From Yuukianura sp. NJ FZ-2021 (lineage: Eukaryota), in NCBI GenBank assembly GCA_046563655.1, contig CM102290.1, forward strand, positions 1,116,001-1,180,000: DNA of 64,000 nucleotides, written 5' to 3'. Shown in pieces: positions 1 to 12,900 of the stretch. Below the pieces are notes generated by a model that made no database searches, was not told the DNA's origin, and was given only the letters and a program-made list of their open reading frames with translations. The position numbers and the translations under genes are program-made. Within the stretch, counting starts at the first letter, position 1. Every line of letters begins with the position of its first letter.

Positions 1-889
1 ACCTTTTACATACAAAAATGTATTTCCTTTCCATATTTTATGTTTTGACGTTTTGAGATTCATCTGCTTGTGACAGATACTATTTTTATACAAGATTTCT
101 CGAAACTCAAAAGCATTATGGCCACCACACACTTCTACTTTCTTATAAATGGAAATTAATAATTCTTCATCTTCGCCTTATTTCTGATTTGATCTCACTC
201 TCGACTTATTTAAAGCAAAATTACATCTTTAAGTTGGCACAACACATACTTTATAGACACGGTTCCACAAAACTTATGAACCCAAAGGTGTTAATTGAGT
301 GAATTGGCCTGGGGCGTTATTTACAAAAACCCAAATCCGGTTGAAATCAGCCACTTTTGCGCAAACGATGACCTTAACTTAAATCTTTGTTTTGGACGGT
401 GGTCGGTCATGTGTGATGAGCCTTGGTAAAACTTTAGTTTCGTAAATACAATTTTCCATTTGTCACCCCTTGACAATACGCATTGAGTTTTTGTGTCAAT
501 CCCATTTTCTGGTTCTGTGCAAAAGGTAAATTTATAACATATTTCGCAAAAGGCTTTCAACATCTCCCCTCGTTCCTAATTATGATTTACATGATTTTCA
601 TATCTTATTCCTTGATTGCAGCAAAAACAACTTTTTGACCACTTCCCCATCTTTGTTTTAAAGAATACAACAAAAGAGAATTGACAAGACAATCTCCTTA
701 CTCATCCCTCCGTCTTATGTCGAAATCCTGACCTGAATCCACTTTAAACTTCTACAACCTTAAAATACGTTTTCCACTATAAAAAGTTACAGTCTACATC
801 TAACCTAACCTTAACATTTGAGTGTGTACAGAGTAAAAAAGGGTTTGAAAGGTGCTGAATTCGCGTGGTGACGCTGGCTTAGTACTTAT

Positions 890-970
890 TTAGTGTCGTG
901 ATGGTAGAGGTGGTGGTGGCTCTTGTAGGCTGGGTGGCTTGGTAGCGGAAGCGTTTAAGGCTAACTGTCA
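890..970 (-). other. Candidate stop-codon readthrough extension of NLK (X-QLALNASATKPPSLQEPPPPLPSRH*)
   Basis: TGA (970-968) is followed directly by CAG TTA (CARYYA), then 25 open codons to TAA at 892-890. Confidence 0.55.
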
Positions 971-3900
971 TTCCCATTGATGCGGAGACGGTGGTAGCTC
1001 CGAAGGATGAGCCACGGTCGAACTGAAAACAAACAAAAATTTAAAAGTTATAGTTTATTTCTAAAATTTAAATTTTGAAAAGTGGAATTCCATATTAGCT
1101 ACGACATTATTTCGAATTACTGCGATTCGATATTTGTTGGCTATGTTTTCAAGTGTTGATTCAAAATTACAGTTTATTTAACTTGGAGGCTTTCGTTTTC
1201 GTTATGAGTTTTTTTCAAAGTTGCAACAATTAAAATTTCTCAACTTCCACCTCTTTCAACCCCGAGCCAAAGTAAGCAAAGTGATGACAGATTTCGCACA
1301 CTGTGTGAGCATAGTAGTCCCCCCATAGGCTAAAAGTGGTGTTGCTAACGTCAAGAAAGTGAAATCTTGTACGATTATGAAAGGTGTCGTCATTTCATCC
1401 AAGGAAAGTGAACCAAAGGGGAACAATGACTCCAAGGAAAAGAAAAGTTAACACTCCCGCTGCCACTTCCTACATTTTGACACTTAAATGCCTCACGAGT
1501 TCTCTTTTCCGAAGCATTTCGCTGACTAACACGTAAAGGAACAACAAATATGGCCACCAATTCCGTATAGCAGTCTGGCACGGCAGGCTCTGCGCAAGCG
1601 CAGCTATTCTAACCAGTTTCAGGACCAATCCAGCCTATGTACACACCAACCAACCTCATAATGGACTCCTTTGATTTACTTGGGTGAGCAGCAGAGGCCT
1701 TGATCAAATTCCACGATGGAAAAGCATGGAGCAGGAGAAAAGGCCTTCACAACTTTCCCCAAATTCTGGTTGACGTCACCCAAAGACCTACGCTAGCTTT
1801 CATTTCCACGAAACCTGTCTCTCTCCTGATGACTTCCAGCGAAGATCAGACCAAAAAAATATTAGATCTTCCATGCCTGAGCCACAACCACACCATCCAC
1901 CTCTAGTTTACAAAAACAAAAAAAAAGTTTACAAAGCGACACTTTGACCTTAGGACTAAGCGTAGGTGAACCTACGGTTGGAATGAAAGTTCATTTGAAA
2001 GTTCTTGCTAGCCCCACATTTTCGCCACCAGTCCCAGATTGGGTAATTTATAAACTGCAAACGTTGGCTCAATCGTGTCAACTTTTTTTTGTCATTTTGC
2101 ATACGCTAAAACTTTCCGGGCAAGAGGAATTGAGTGAAGTTTGCTTGTGTCTGAAAATCGGTGCTCAAAGACCCTCATCAAGTTGATTATGTTATTTTTT
2201 AAGGTTTGAATCTAAGCCACTCACCTTGTAAAACTCTTGAAAGCAGCCGAATGAGGATTGATACATAGCGGAGTTCTGTTGTTCTGAGCGTGGTCAGCCA
2301 CGAGGCGGTAGAGCTCTTCCTTGACTTGGCTCAGTGACATGATCTTCCGTTCCCAGCGATCATCAAAGGCTCGATCGGCACACGGTTCCAGGTCAGGGGC
2401 ATAGATGCGGATGCCAGTGGACGACGTTCGACAACAACGACACATGCAAGAGTGGAATCTGAGACGACCTTCGTCTAGGTACGGATGGTTCAGAGCGTCC
2501 TCTACATTCACTCGTTTCGACTAAAACCAGAAAAAAAAAATTAGTTTAGAAATCTAGTAATTAGAATTAATAATCTAGAAATTTAGTAATTACTAATATT
2601 TTTCACTTTGTAAGATGTTGTACTTTAAATAAAGTTAGCTTATTCTTCCACAAATGTTTAAAAAACTTTTCAAAATATTTTGTTAGAATTGTATTTAGAA
2701 AATTGTGTCAAGAGGCGACGGAAGGAAATGGTTTTGGAGTATTGAAACTATGGCCGGATAAGAAAAAAAAATGGGAGTGCTACATGAAACATGAAATCGG
2801 AAGTCATGAACCAGGTTCACTTCCGCACTTTTTCTCCTTATTGCAAAAATGGGTTTGTTGCATAAGTCTTTTACTACACAAAGTTACATCTGATATGTCC
2901 CATAATCGCTGCAAATCAAATTTCGTCACTCACGACTTTTGTCTCGAAAGTATACACTAATTACATCATCACCCATTGAATGTTAGTGTTTACCGGGTCA
3001 AAGACGAGCATTTGACATAGGAGATGTACTGCTTCCGGTGATGCTTGGGGTGATAAGGTGTAGAGTGCTGCTAGTGTAGAGGCCTTATGTGGCTTTTTGA
3101 GCATATGGGCTCGAGCTCCTGAACAAGCGGACCGAATGTCCTCTGGTTTCGGCGTCCCCAACAGATCAGATATCATGTCCAACTGTAACGAAAAAAGTAC
3201 AAAGAAACTTGGAATTATTTAGGGTACTACTGCTTCCATAGTTACCCGGATTCAAATTCATCATCCCCTACTCAAACACTGCGACGATTGAACCCTCTGT
3301 GTCCGGACATACTCTCTTTTAATATCATTCCCAACACACCATCATCAATTCATTCATTCAAAGGGCCCTCCAAGTCCCCCTCTCCATTCAAACGCTGCCT
3401 CCATGATGCATCCACCATTATTGGAAATAAGGGTTTTGGAGGACAGGAAGCACAGCGTCGTCATGACCCAAAAAATGGAATAATTTCCAAATGGAGATTC
3501 AGTCTTGGTGGTGAGTTCCCCCAAGTCCAGAACGTACTAACACAGAGGCGCTGGATTTTGAAATTCGAAAAAGTAAAAAAAAAACGTCAGAAGCTGGTAA
3601 CCCGAGACGAGTGTAAAGCTGAAGGCTACCCGGGAGGAAGTTAGGGGGGAGAAGAGGCACTTGACAGATGCAAAGGGAGGGTAGTGACTACTGTAACCAC
3701 TGATCATGAGGCCACCACCAGTCCTCTCTCAATCTACTAACATGGAACATACTTTCCCACACTTACTCAAAGTGTATTGTCTCATCTCCCTCAGATTCAA
3801 AACAGATTTAAATGAGGACAGGAAATGTTAAAGGCTCAAAAGGGGCTTTCACAACAGATCAAATAAACAGGCTCAAGGGGTGTGGGAACCTCAAGAGTCT

Positions 3901-6900
3901 TTACCCCTACTCCTGCCACCGCCATACATGAAACTAATAATTCCTAATTCACTCCATGTTAGAGTCGAACAACGTAAGGTCAAAGGTAATTACTATTATA
4001 CAGCACAACCGACAACACAAATGGTCCGAAACAGCTTGATGTGACAAACCTCGGCTTTGTGTTTGTTGGTAGCGGCGCAGAAGGTACTGGGACCGAATCC
4101 ACTACCAACTAATTAATTAAAAGAAAGCGTGAGAAATATTGGGAGTGGTGGGTGGGGACTTTTAGTCTATTGCGTTATGTTTTGAGACGATAGGCACTAA
4201 AAACATGGAACTTTAAGACCAGTCTGTATCCTACCTCTTCCTGGAATTAGTTTGGTTAAATTAATTATGCATGAGAAATGATTTTCCAATTCCTTGAGCC
4301 TATCTCGCTCTCCTATTTTCTACTGCCTAATCATCAAGGCAGGAGGGATTGTTTAGGAGTAGAAAGTGGTTTGGCACGCACTAGGGAGAGAAAGTTCCGA
4401 CGGAAGGGAGACGGAGAGGCCGAAAGCAGCGGGAAAGTATGGCAAAGCCTCATTTCAAAAATGGAATACTTCTAGGCAGGAGTGGAGAAACGACTTGATA
4501 GCAAGGCGTCGTCGTCGTAAGGAACACTTCCAGGCTCAAGCCTAACCTAAACCTAATGTAGGGAGAAGGAAAAGAGGCGATAGCTGTTTCGAAGAATCTT
4601 TTTTAGCGTCAGGGAGTCTCTCCTGCTAGTGCCAAAGGAGAAAGTTTTATTAGTTCATACGTATTTTCAGGAAAAGAAGAAACCTGGGTCCACGGAGGCG
4701 GCAGAAACCTAAAGTGTTCTTACGCACTTCCAACTTTAGACTATCCCGAACAAACTTACTTTTAATCAACAAAAAGTAAACATGGAGAAAGTGAATCTTA
4801 AAAAAATCAAGCGTAAAAATATACTTAAAAATCCAATTCCCAATTTACTTCTGAATAACCACCCTTCCTGCAATGCATCTGTTCATAAGGAAAGCGTGCA
4901 TCTCTTTTAATCCCAATTCAACAAGACTTTCCATCCGCCATCAATCAATACATGAATGACACACGCTTTCTCCCAGGAACAGATGCAAAGAAGCCACTTT
5001 CTACTGAACACTTTGCCAAGTACCCATACGGCCCTTTTGTTCAGCATAGTCCCCTTCAGTCACCCCTACCCTGCCAACAGTCCAGAAATTGAAATTAACA
5101 TCTAACATGCGGCTTAAGTAACGACTGTTTCTGCCAACTGCGACTTTTTAAAGTTTCTGAACCACAAAAAATTAAAAATTTTAGTATAGGCAGTATTAAC
5201 ACAAAATTAAAAAGTTGGTGGCTGTAATTTTCGCTGCTAAGAAGCGCTGAATAAGTTATTGCATTCATTCGATTTACGATTCAGACACACTCACTCCAAC
5301 AAAAGAAATCAAATCTCTTTATGAAATTTTAAAAGAAAGTAGATTTATAAAATTGGCGTACTTGCTGTATGGGCGTTTGAGCTTGAAATAAAATGCGTCT
5401 TCCTAGAAGTTCAGCAAAGATGCATCCGACGCTCCAAATGTCAACGGCAGACGTGTAGTGCTTAGCTCCCATGAGAATTTCAGGTGAACGATAGTACTGT
5501 GTGACCACTTCCTGTGTCATGGCTCGAGACGGGTTCGGCTCCTCTACTCGCGCCAGTCCAAAGTCACAAATCTTGAGGACACAGTTACTATTTACCAGCA
5601 AGTTACCAGGCTTGATGTCTCTGTGCAGAATACGGGCTGAGTGTAAGTATTTCAGTCCTAAAGTTAAAAAAAAATGTATGATTAACACGACTGTTTCATT
5701 TGGTTAATTCAGTTATATATTAGTTCAGTTTCCCGCGCCCACGGCGCGTTGCTAGGTTATTTACTGGACAATAGCTATTACAGATTTTTGGGTAAGGTTA
5801 AGTTATGTCTGTATTGTATCTCTTTCGTTGTAAATGTAATTCCACTTTCGCGGTAGTTTGCCTTCGCAGTAAATGAGCTTTCGAAGTAATTCGTTTCGCA
5901 GTAATTCATTCGATGAAATGGCATGCAACCGACAAAGGTTGACAAATGATGCCAAGGCTTTAGGTTCTGGAATTAACAAGGGCAACTTTCTCTGCATGTA
6001 CAAATCAATAAATCCTACGCTTCTTACGGTAACATTGCACCAACTCCTAATTGAACGAAAACACCAAAACATGATGACCTTGACATTATCCATTACCGGA
6101 GTACTCGTGCGTCACTCTGTTCCTACGTATACATGTTCCATCCGACGACTCAATTGTTTTTTTTTACCTTCACTCTAATTCTCATGGAGGAAAAAAAAAG
6201 TTTGCAACTGAATCAACAGTTTAGCAAAGCTATTTTTGTTAATAGAAAATTATTCCCAGTGACCCCTGATCTTCTAGGGACACATAAAAGGCATAGTCGA
6301 GACAAGGAAAGGTACGTTTGAGAGATTGTTAAGACGCTAGGTCAAGGGCGTCGTCTCGGTTGAGTGCTAAAAGTCCAAAGTGGTACCCATATACATTAAA
6401 TTGTTAGTTAAATTAAGTTAAGTCAACATAGAGAGCAGAACAGTAAATCCAGAAGACACTTTCGTGTGTCATTCTGGAAAAGTTCAAACGTAACAACGTG
6501 ACTTGTGGACCGTGCGTCTTTGGCTGACATCACACAAGTGCTTGGTAACTCCATTTACTCTAGACCTGACGTCACCTCCTATTGATTCTCACCAAGACTT
6601 ACTCAAACAGACAGTTTATCATAGACACTTACACCTCACCCACTCCAGTATAAATTGGATCTTCAAAAGTCAATTATCTCTGCCAACTTATGACAAAGCA
6701 TGATTATTCACTTCCAGTAACTTCCAACACTAAAAGTAAAGTACGTAAGTTCACAAGACGTCATTTCCACAATATCCGATGGAGCTGACCAAATGCACGA
6801 CCTCACAAGTGAAGTCATGTTGGTTGAGCGCTTCCTTTGACTCGTCGGATAATACGCAGCTTCATATTGGTTAATGCTACTTTAACAATGTACTTTTCAA

Positions 6901-9900
6901 GGTTCTGTTTTGAGTACCAACAAATTTAAGATCAAGGACCCTGGATCTGACGCCATGAGAGTTCCCAGTATTACAAACCAATCGTTAAACAAATAGACTT
7001 AAAATTCACAGAAATTTTTGAGCACTGGAAACAAAAGTTAAAAATTGTGTTTTCTTACATGAAAAAGACGTAAATGGAATCACGTCACTAGTTTGTGTGC
7101 TGCTTCTGTGTATTTTATCTGCTCGTGTATATCTGTATGTTAGTATTGAGAATGATTGGCGAAAACAAGTTGTTTTCGCGAAACTCATGCTTCGTTATTT
7201 TTATTTATTTTTTGTAAATCGACGTATTTCAATTTGCAAAAAAACAGGTAAAACAAAGTTTCCAAAAATTCTATTTCCGAGAAAAAATTTCGCCGAATTC
7301 TGGAGACGCGTCATTTTTTTTTTGTATGCAAATTGTTTCTCGCATTGAATTTCATCTACTTTAGTTTCAGCAGAAACTCAATCAATGGGAATCAATCTAT
7401 CCAATTTGCCCTAAACCTTTCAGATTTGGAAATTTTTAACTGTTTTGCACAACTCCACATGTCAGATAAATAATATAATAGATTATATAAAAGTTGACCT
7501 AAAAATTTATTGAGTAATGATCAATATAAATATCGTACCTCTGAGAATTTGGTATAGAAAGACTTTGATGTGATCGGCAGACAGATGTTGTGGTGAGACA
7601 ATGATTTTGTGCAGATCACTCTGCATCAGTTCTGTAATAACATAGCTAAAAAAATCAAAAAACAATATCAGACAAATGAATGCTACTCCCGGAATTCCGG
7701 GTATCAAAATTTCGACAATTCTTTAGAAAGTGGTTAATTTGGCCACAAAGACTGTTTCGGCTAATGTTAAAATTTGAGGTGACTTTCGTACATTTCTTGG
7801 AAGAAATCAATATGCGGTGGTTGGAGAATGTCGAGGGCCGAGAGGACATTGTCATGTTTGAAGAAGCACAACATTCGTAGTTCTCGACAGACTCGACGGG
7901 CGGATACCAGTGATTGGAACACATTCGGTAACTTCTTCAGAGCAACACGCTTCCCGTCTCGTGGATCTGTGACGGCCCTGCAAAAATAAAAAATTAAAAG
8001 CGTTATTTTCACTGTCTAATTTTAAAAAAATCTCTAAAATCCAGCATCAGTCTCTGTTGCTTTTTGTTTTTGAATTTCATAGAGCTCGCAAAAGAAACGT
8101 TGAAAGTGAAAAGTTTCAATCTTAAATTTTGAGACGCAACTTTCAAGTTCTACTTATAACGTCATGTGCTACTTTTAAATTGCCTTCCTAACCAAATAAA
8201 TGTTATGAACAACGAGATGCAGTTTTCGTTTGCACATTTAGTGACAAAAAAGACTGTAGTACGACGGAAGCCCAATCTTGAATTTTGCAAGAATTGTCAT
8301 TTTTGATTAAAAGAGAAGTCTTGTGTTTTGTGTATTTGGGAGTTCTACTGACACACTTTTTGTGTCTTTTCTCTTCCTAAAGGTCATTCCTCAAAGCATG
8401 CATCGTGCTTCATATGTCGTAACAAGACCCAATTCCTAACCATTACCATTATTCACCACCTAAGGACCAAATACTACTCACCCTGTGATTCCTTAAATAA
8501 CAATCAGCCTACTGCCCACACATCTTTAGAATACAGTGTACTATGTTCAAAACCAGTTCACAAAAAACGTTTTTTTTTTCCACTACAGCATACTAACTAC
8601 GCGGGAGGAGTTCAAAAACGCTTGGAGAGTTTAGTCAAAAAGTTTCTTCGGGACTGACGATTAACCTGTTTAAGAAAACAAGCCATCCACTCCTTCAATC
8701 CACATCAGCCTTGACCCCATTCCAACCTCACCTCAACTCCCCAATTTCAAACTAAACAGAAATTTTGAGGTTCAAAACAAAATTTGTAGGTTGAGAAGAA
8801 ATTCGTAGGTTCAAAATTTGTAGGTTGTGTTATTGATTTGAGTATATGTTAGGGATGGAGCCTTGGATTCAGTAATGACTACGGTATTCAATTTGTGTTT
8901 CCATACGTGTTGATGACCCATTTCCACAAATAAAAGGTGAATAATAGTAGAGTGAAGCAAGGGCTCTGATCTTCCGAAGCTAATAATAGAATCAAATTCC
9001 CTCTAGGAATAGAAATTGGGTTAGTCATTCTTGGAGAGAAGTTTGGAATTGGAATAGGCCCAACCAGAAATCAGTGTCTTTTGGAACTAACTATTGAGAG
9101 CCTACAAAACCTACGCCAATTGACCTACAAAACATTCAATTACTCATTCCCAATTCCCATAGTGTTGGAGAGTCCTTCGAATGTTCGGAGCATCTTCCCA
9201 ATTCCAATCCAATTCCTGGGTCACAGCAGTTCTGGCCAAGTCGGAACAGGAGAGCATAGTTCGTTTGACCCAATTGGCAACTGACTTCATATGTTATTAT
9301 TAGTAATTACCTGCAAGAGCCTAAAATTATTTTAGTTGGCAGCACAAGTCGTCTGTGGCCCTGAACACTTCAGTTCAAGGCCCAACCAGTCACAGTCTCC
9401 CTACATTCCTCATTCCCAAACGCACTTTTCCTAATACAGGCCGTTGTCGTGCTGAGAGACTCCATTTTCTTAGCTCCTAGCTCCCTGTACAATTTTATGT
9501 ACACAAAAACTAAACGTTCACATCATACGCACCTTTCAAATTCAAATCCCCCCGCGGAATTTCATAAGGTGGAAAAGCCTTATTTCAGGCTGGCAACAGG
9601 CATTGGAAAATTAATTCGGATTACAAAATTTCAAAAATTTTCTCATCAACATGTTCAATACAAATGCCAGATTTCGTTCCATTTCTAAAAAAAAGTGAGA
9701 ATTTCTCTTTAGTTTTTAGTTGTTAAACAATCTTAATGACATTTCCGAGGTTTTTGAATCGACAATGAGTGACTTGGTGCAGACTTTAAATGTTTTTTGA
9801 CTGAATTTGCCGCTCATAATCTTGAATAATCTGCCTTAACGGGTCTTTAAAAAAAGTAAAATGGAGTAAACAGAGGATGCTCCACAGCGATTTCTGTTTT

Positions 9901-12900
9901 GAAGTCAAAGAATTGGGTGTTCCAGTTTCCAAACTAAATAGAGTGTGGAAATATAGAACAACAACAGACCTAATCAACATCACTAACTAAACTTCCGCCC
10001 TACCTTACCTGATTACCCTATTTAACAAAGAACATTGAGGTCAAAGGTCATATATCTTCATTACCCAACTTAACGAATATTCTGTAGTAACTAATGCATT
10101 CCCCACAGAAAAAGTCACTCACGACACCAATTCATTCCCACATCCAATTTAATCTACTGTCAAAAACTCATTTCCTCTAGAAAAAAAAAGTTTCTGCTTG
10201 AAGAAACTAGATTTCAAATTTTTTGAAAACGTTGCAACAAAGTGTTTCTCTCCAGGAGAAAAAATTCGAATTGACGCTCAATCAATTTCAAAAAATGTTT
10301 CAATTTCCAATTTGGACTAAAGGAAACATACTTGGAAACCTTAACTGAAATTTTCGCAGGACTAAAGTGGCCTAATTTGTCATGTGAGTCTTGACGTCGT
10401 GTTTTGCCAACAACTCTTCCGCCTCATACCAGTCCTACCTACATTTTCCTCCTCCACATTTGTAATAAGTATACGTTAGGCAAGACCACGTGAAGCAGGA
10501 TATGTGAGGAGGCTTCATTTGTCAATTTGCTGTTATTCCATTACGTAACACTTCAAAGTAGGTTTCTATCTTTTTATTCCTTCCTCTCTGCCTCAACGTG
10601 TGCCAAAAGACAAGTGGAACGACTCATAAGGGAGAAACGAGACTAACCTTAACTCAAGGTAAAATCGATGGAAACGGCTAAAAGTTGATGATAGTTGGGC
10701 ACTTGAGAATCATCGAACATCCAACCTCTCGCTACAGGCATCCCCTCATGCTCACACGACCATAAACCCATGATGCTTCCTGCTTTTCCAAAATAGTCTC
10801 ACATTTTCTTGTATTTTTTGGAGAAAAAAGTACAATTTTCTAATTCCAAACTTTAAATCTCAACATGAAACTAAAAATTACATCAACTTTTGAAACCTGC
10901 GGAATGTGCGACTGATGAATACAAACTTTGACCTGCACGCTAAAGTTCTAAGTTCATAGTTTTTGCAATTTCTGACACCATGACACAAGTTTGCTCTTTG
11001 GCGTCAAAGTGTTTCCCCGTTACAGACGAAAACGCTATCACACCGCTAAACAAGTGTATGTATAACGTCATCTGATTGATTTAAGGCGCAGTTCTAACCA
11101 CTAACTGCAAAAACTGAAAGCGTGAACAAATTATCTTTATCAGAAGCGTTATGAAGAGGTTTGAAAATTGAAGGATTGATGACGCCAGGAGATAGTGGCG
11201 GGAAAAGCTCAATAAACTCCATTTCCAGCAACTCAACGAAGAACTAACTATCTGTCTGCACTGTCACTTTTGGTTTGTTACAACTTTTCTGTAGCCACAT
11301 TTCCATTTGGCAAAACCAAATTTCTAAACCACTAAAAGGAAAAACATAACTTTATGTGTGGTTTTAAATAACTTGTCAATAATCTTGAGATTGAAAACCT
11401 TCAAACACTGGTCTCTTATTTCAAAAACAACATACAGCGTTACCAAAATCTTTTCCAACACTTAATTAGCTTCCCATGTCAATTTTTGTATTGTTTTGCT
11501 AGACTACTAACTTTTAACAAGAAAAAAATTCAAGAACAAAAACAGTGAAATATTCCTTTTTGTCAGTTTTTAGACCAAAATTCAATTTTAGTTTAGTTTA
11601 GGTGAGATTTTCCAATGGATCACAAAAGATGTGAGATCGAGTTCAATCAATTAGAAATTTCTCAGAAATTACCCATTGTCATGAACAGGAAAATTTGAAC
11701 AAATTTTTTTAGCATTAGGTTTTGCAAATTTTCACTCAACAGTTTCAAATTGAATGGCGCGTCGTGTAACAAATTCTGCATATTTAAAAATAGGTACATG
11801 CTGTTGGATGCTTTCACTGCCTCAGGCCCTTTTTCCATTCAACATCGTTCTGGTTTAAATGGCACAAATTAAGCTTGATTAAAATCTTGGTTCTTAACCA
11901 ACGTCAATAGATTTCAAATATAATATAGCCTCAATCCGAAACAAATACATATTAACGAAGATATTTTACTCCTAGCTTGTTGTTAGTAGGTTACATTTTT
12001 CCACATTAAACGCGTGACAGCATAGGAACTGAAGTTGACACTTGGCCATTTTCCATTGTTTTTACAATTAAAATTCAACAAAAAACGTTCTTCAAGACAA
12101 GTTTTTTTTTAAAGCAATCACTGATCAATTGAATTTAGCAAAATGTTGCAGATTGACACAGACGTTAAAAAAAGTCACAACAAAATTTCGCAGAGCATCT
12201 CTCCACCCCTTTGTCTCACTCTACATCAATCTCTCGTCTGTTAAGAAATTGACCTCATTTGGCCTTCTTGTAAACTATAAGTTCCACTACTAAAGGAATG
12301 ATCAGTACGCGCATGCGCCTGTTATCGTTGTTAGTGTACACTTGAAAGCCAGATGCCATCGAGCATAGAGTCCTAATACACGCCACGACCAGACACCTCC
12401 CACTAAACTTAGAAAAGTTCACCTAAATTTTCACATTTGGAAAGTTGCGATTTTTTTTTCTTTTTTGAAGTTTCCTGCCAGCCCTTTCAAAAATTTTTTT
12501 AAAGCTGCACAATGCCTTTAACATCTCTAACCTAAAAGTCGTGTTGCGAATCTCCACTTTTGCGAAAAGTGGAGATTATATTTGTAAAAGTTTCTAAATA
12601 TGTAAAGGCTCCATCGTCCGAATCTGCGCGACTATTCACCTCAATTCCGTCTCTGTTTTTTTGTAAACACGCATTTTTTTTGTTTAAGTTGAAACTTCCT
12701 CTCCCGCCGTGTGATGGCTAGTAGGAAGGCTAATTAGGCTATGTTAGGATGTGCCAATTCTTTTTTGCGTTTACATTTGTGGAAAATTTCACCAAGTTCC
12801 TGTCACACTTTCTGGATACTTACTACTATATGTAGCTCTTCAATGGCCACTCAACTCTTATTTATTCTTATCATCATCAAACTTAAAACTTTTGAATTCG

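Noticed and set aside
968..970. NLK TGA as a selenocysteine codon
   Set aside because: It coincides with the conserved NLK C-terminus, and I saw no SECIS-like stem (AUGA…AA…GA) in the visible 3' UTR. Ordinary readthrough fits the CARYYA context better.
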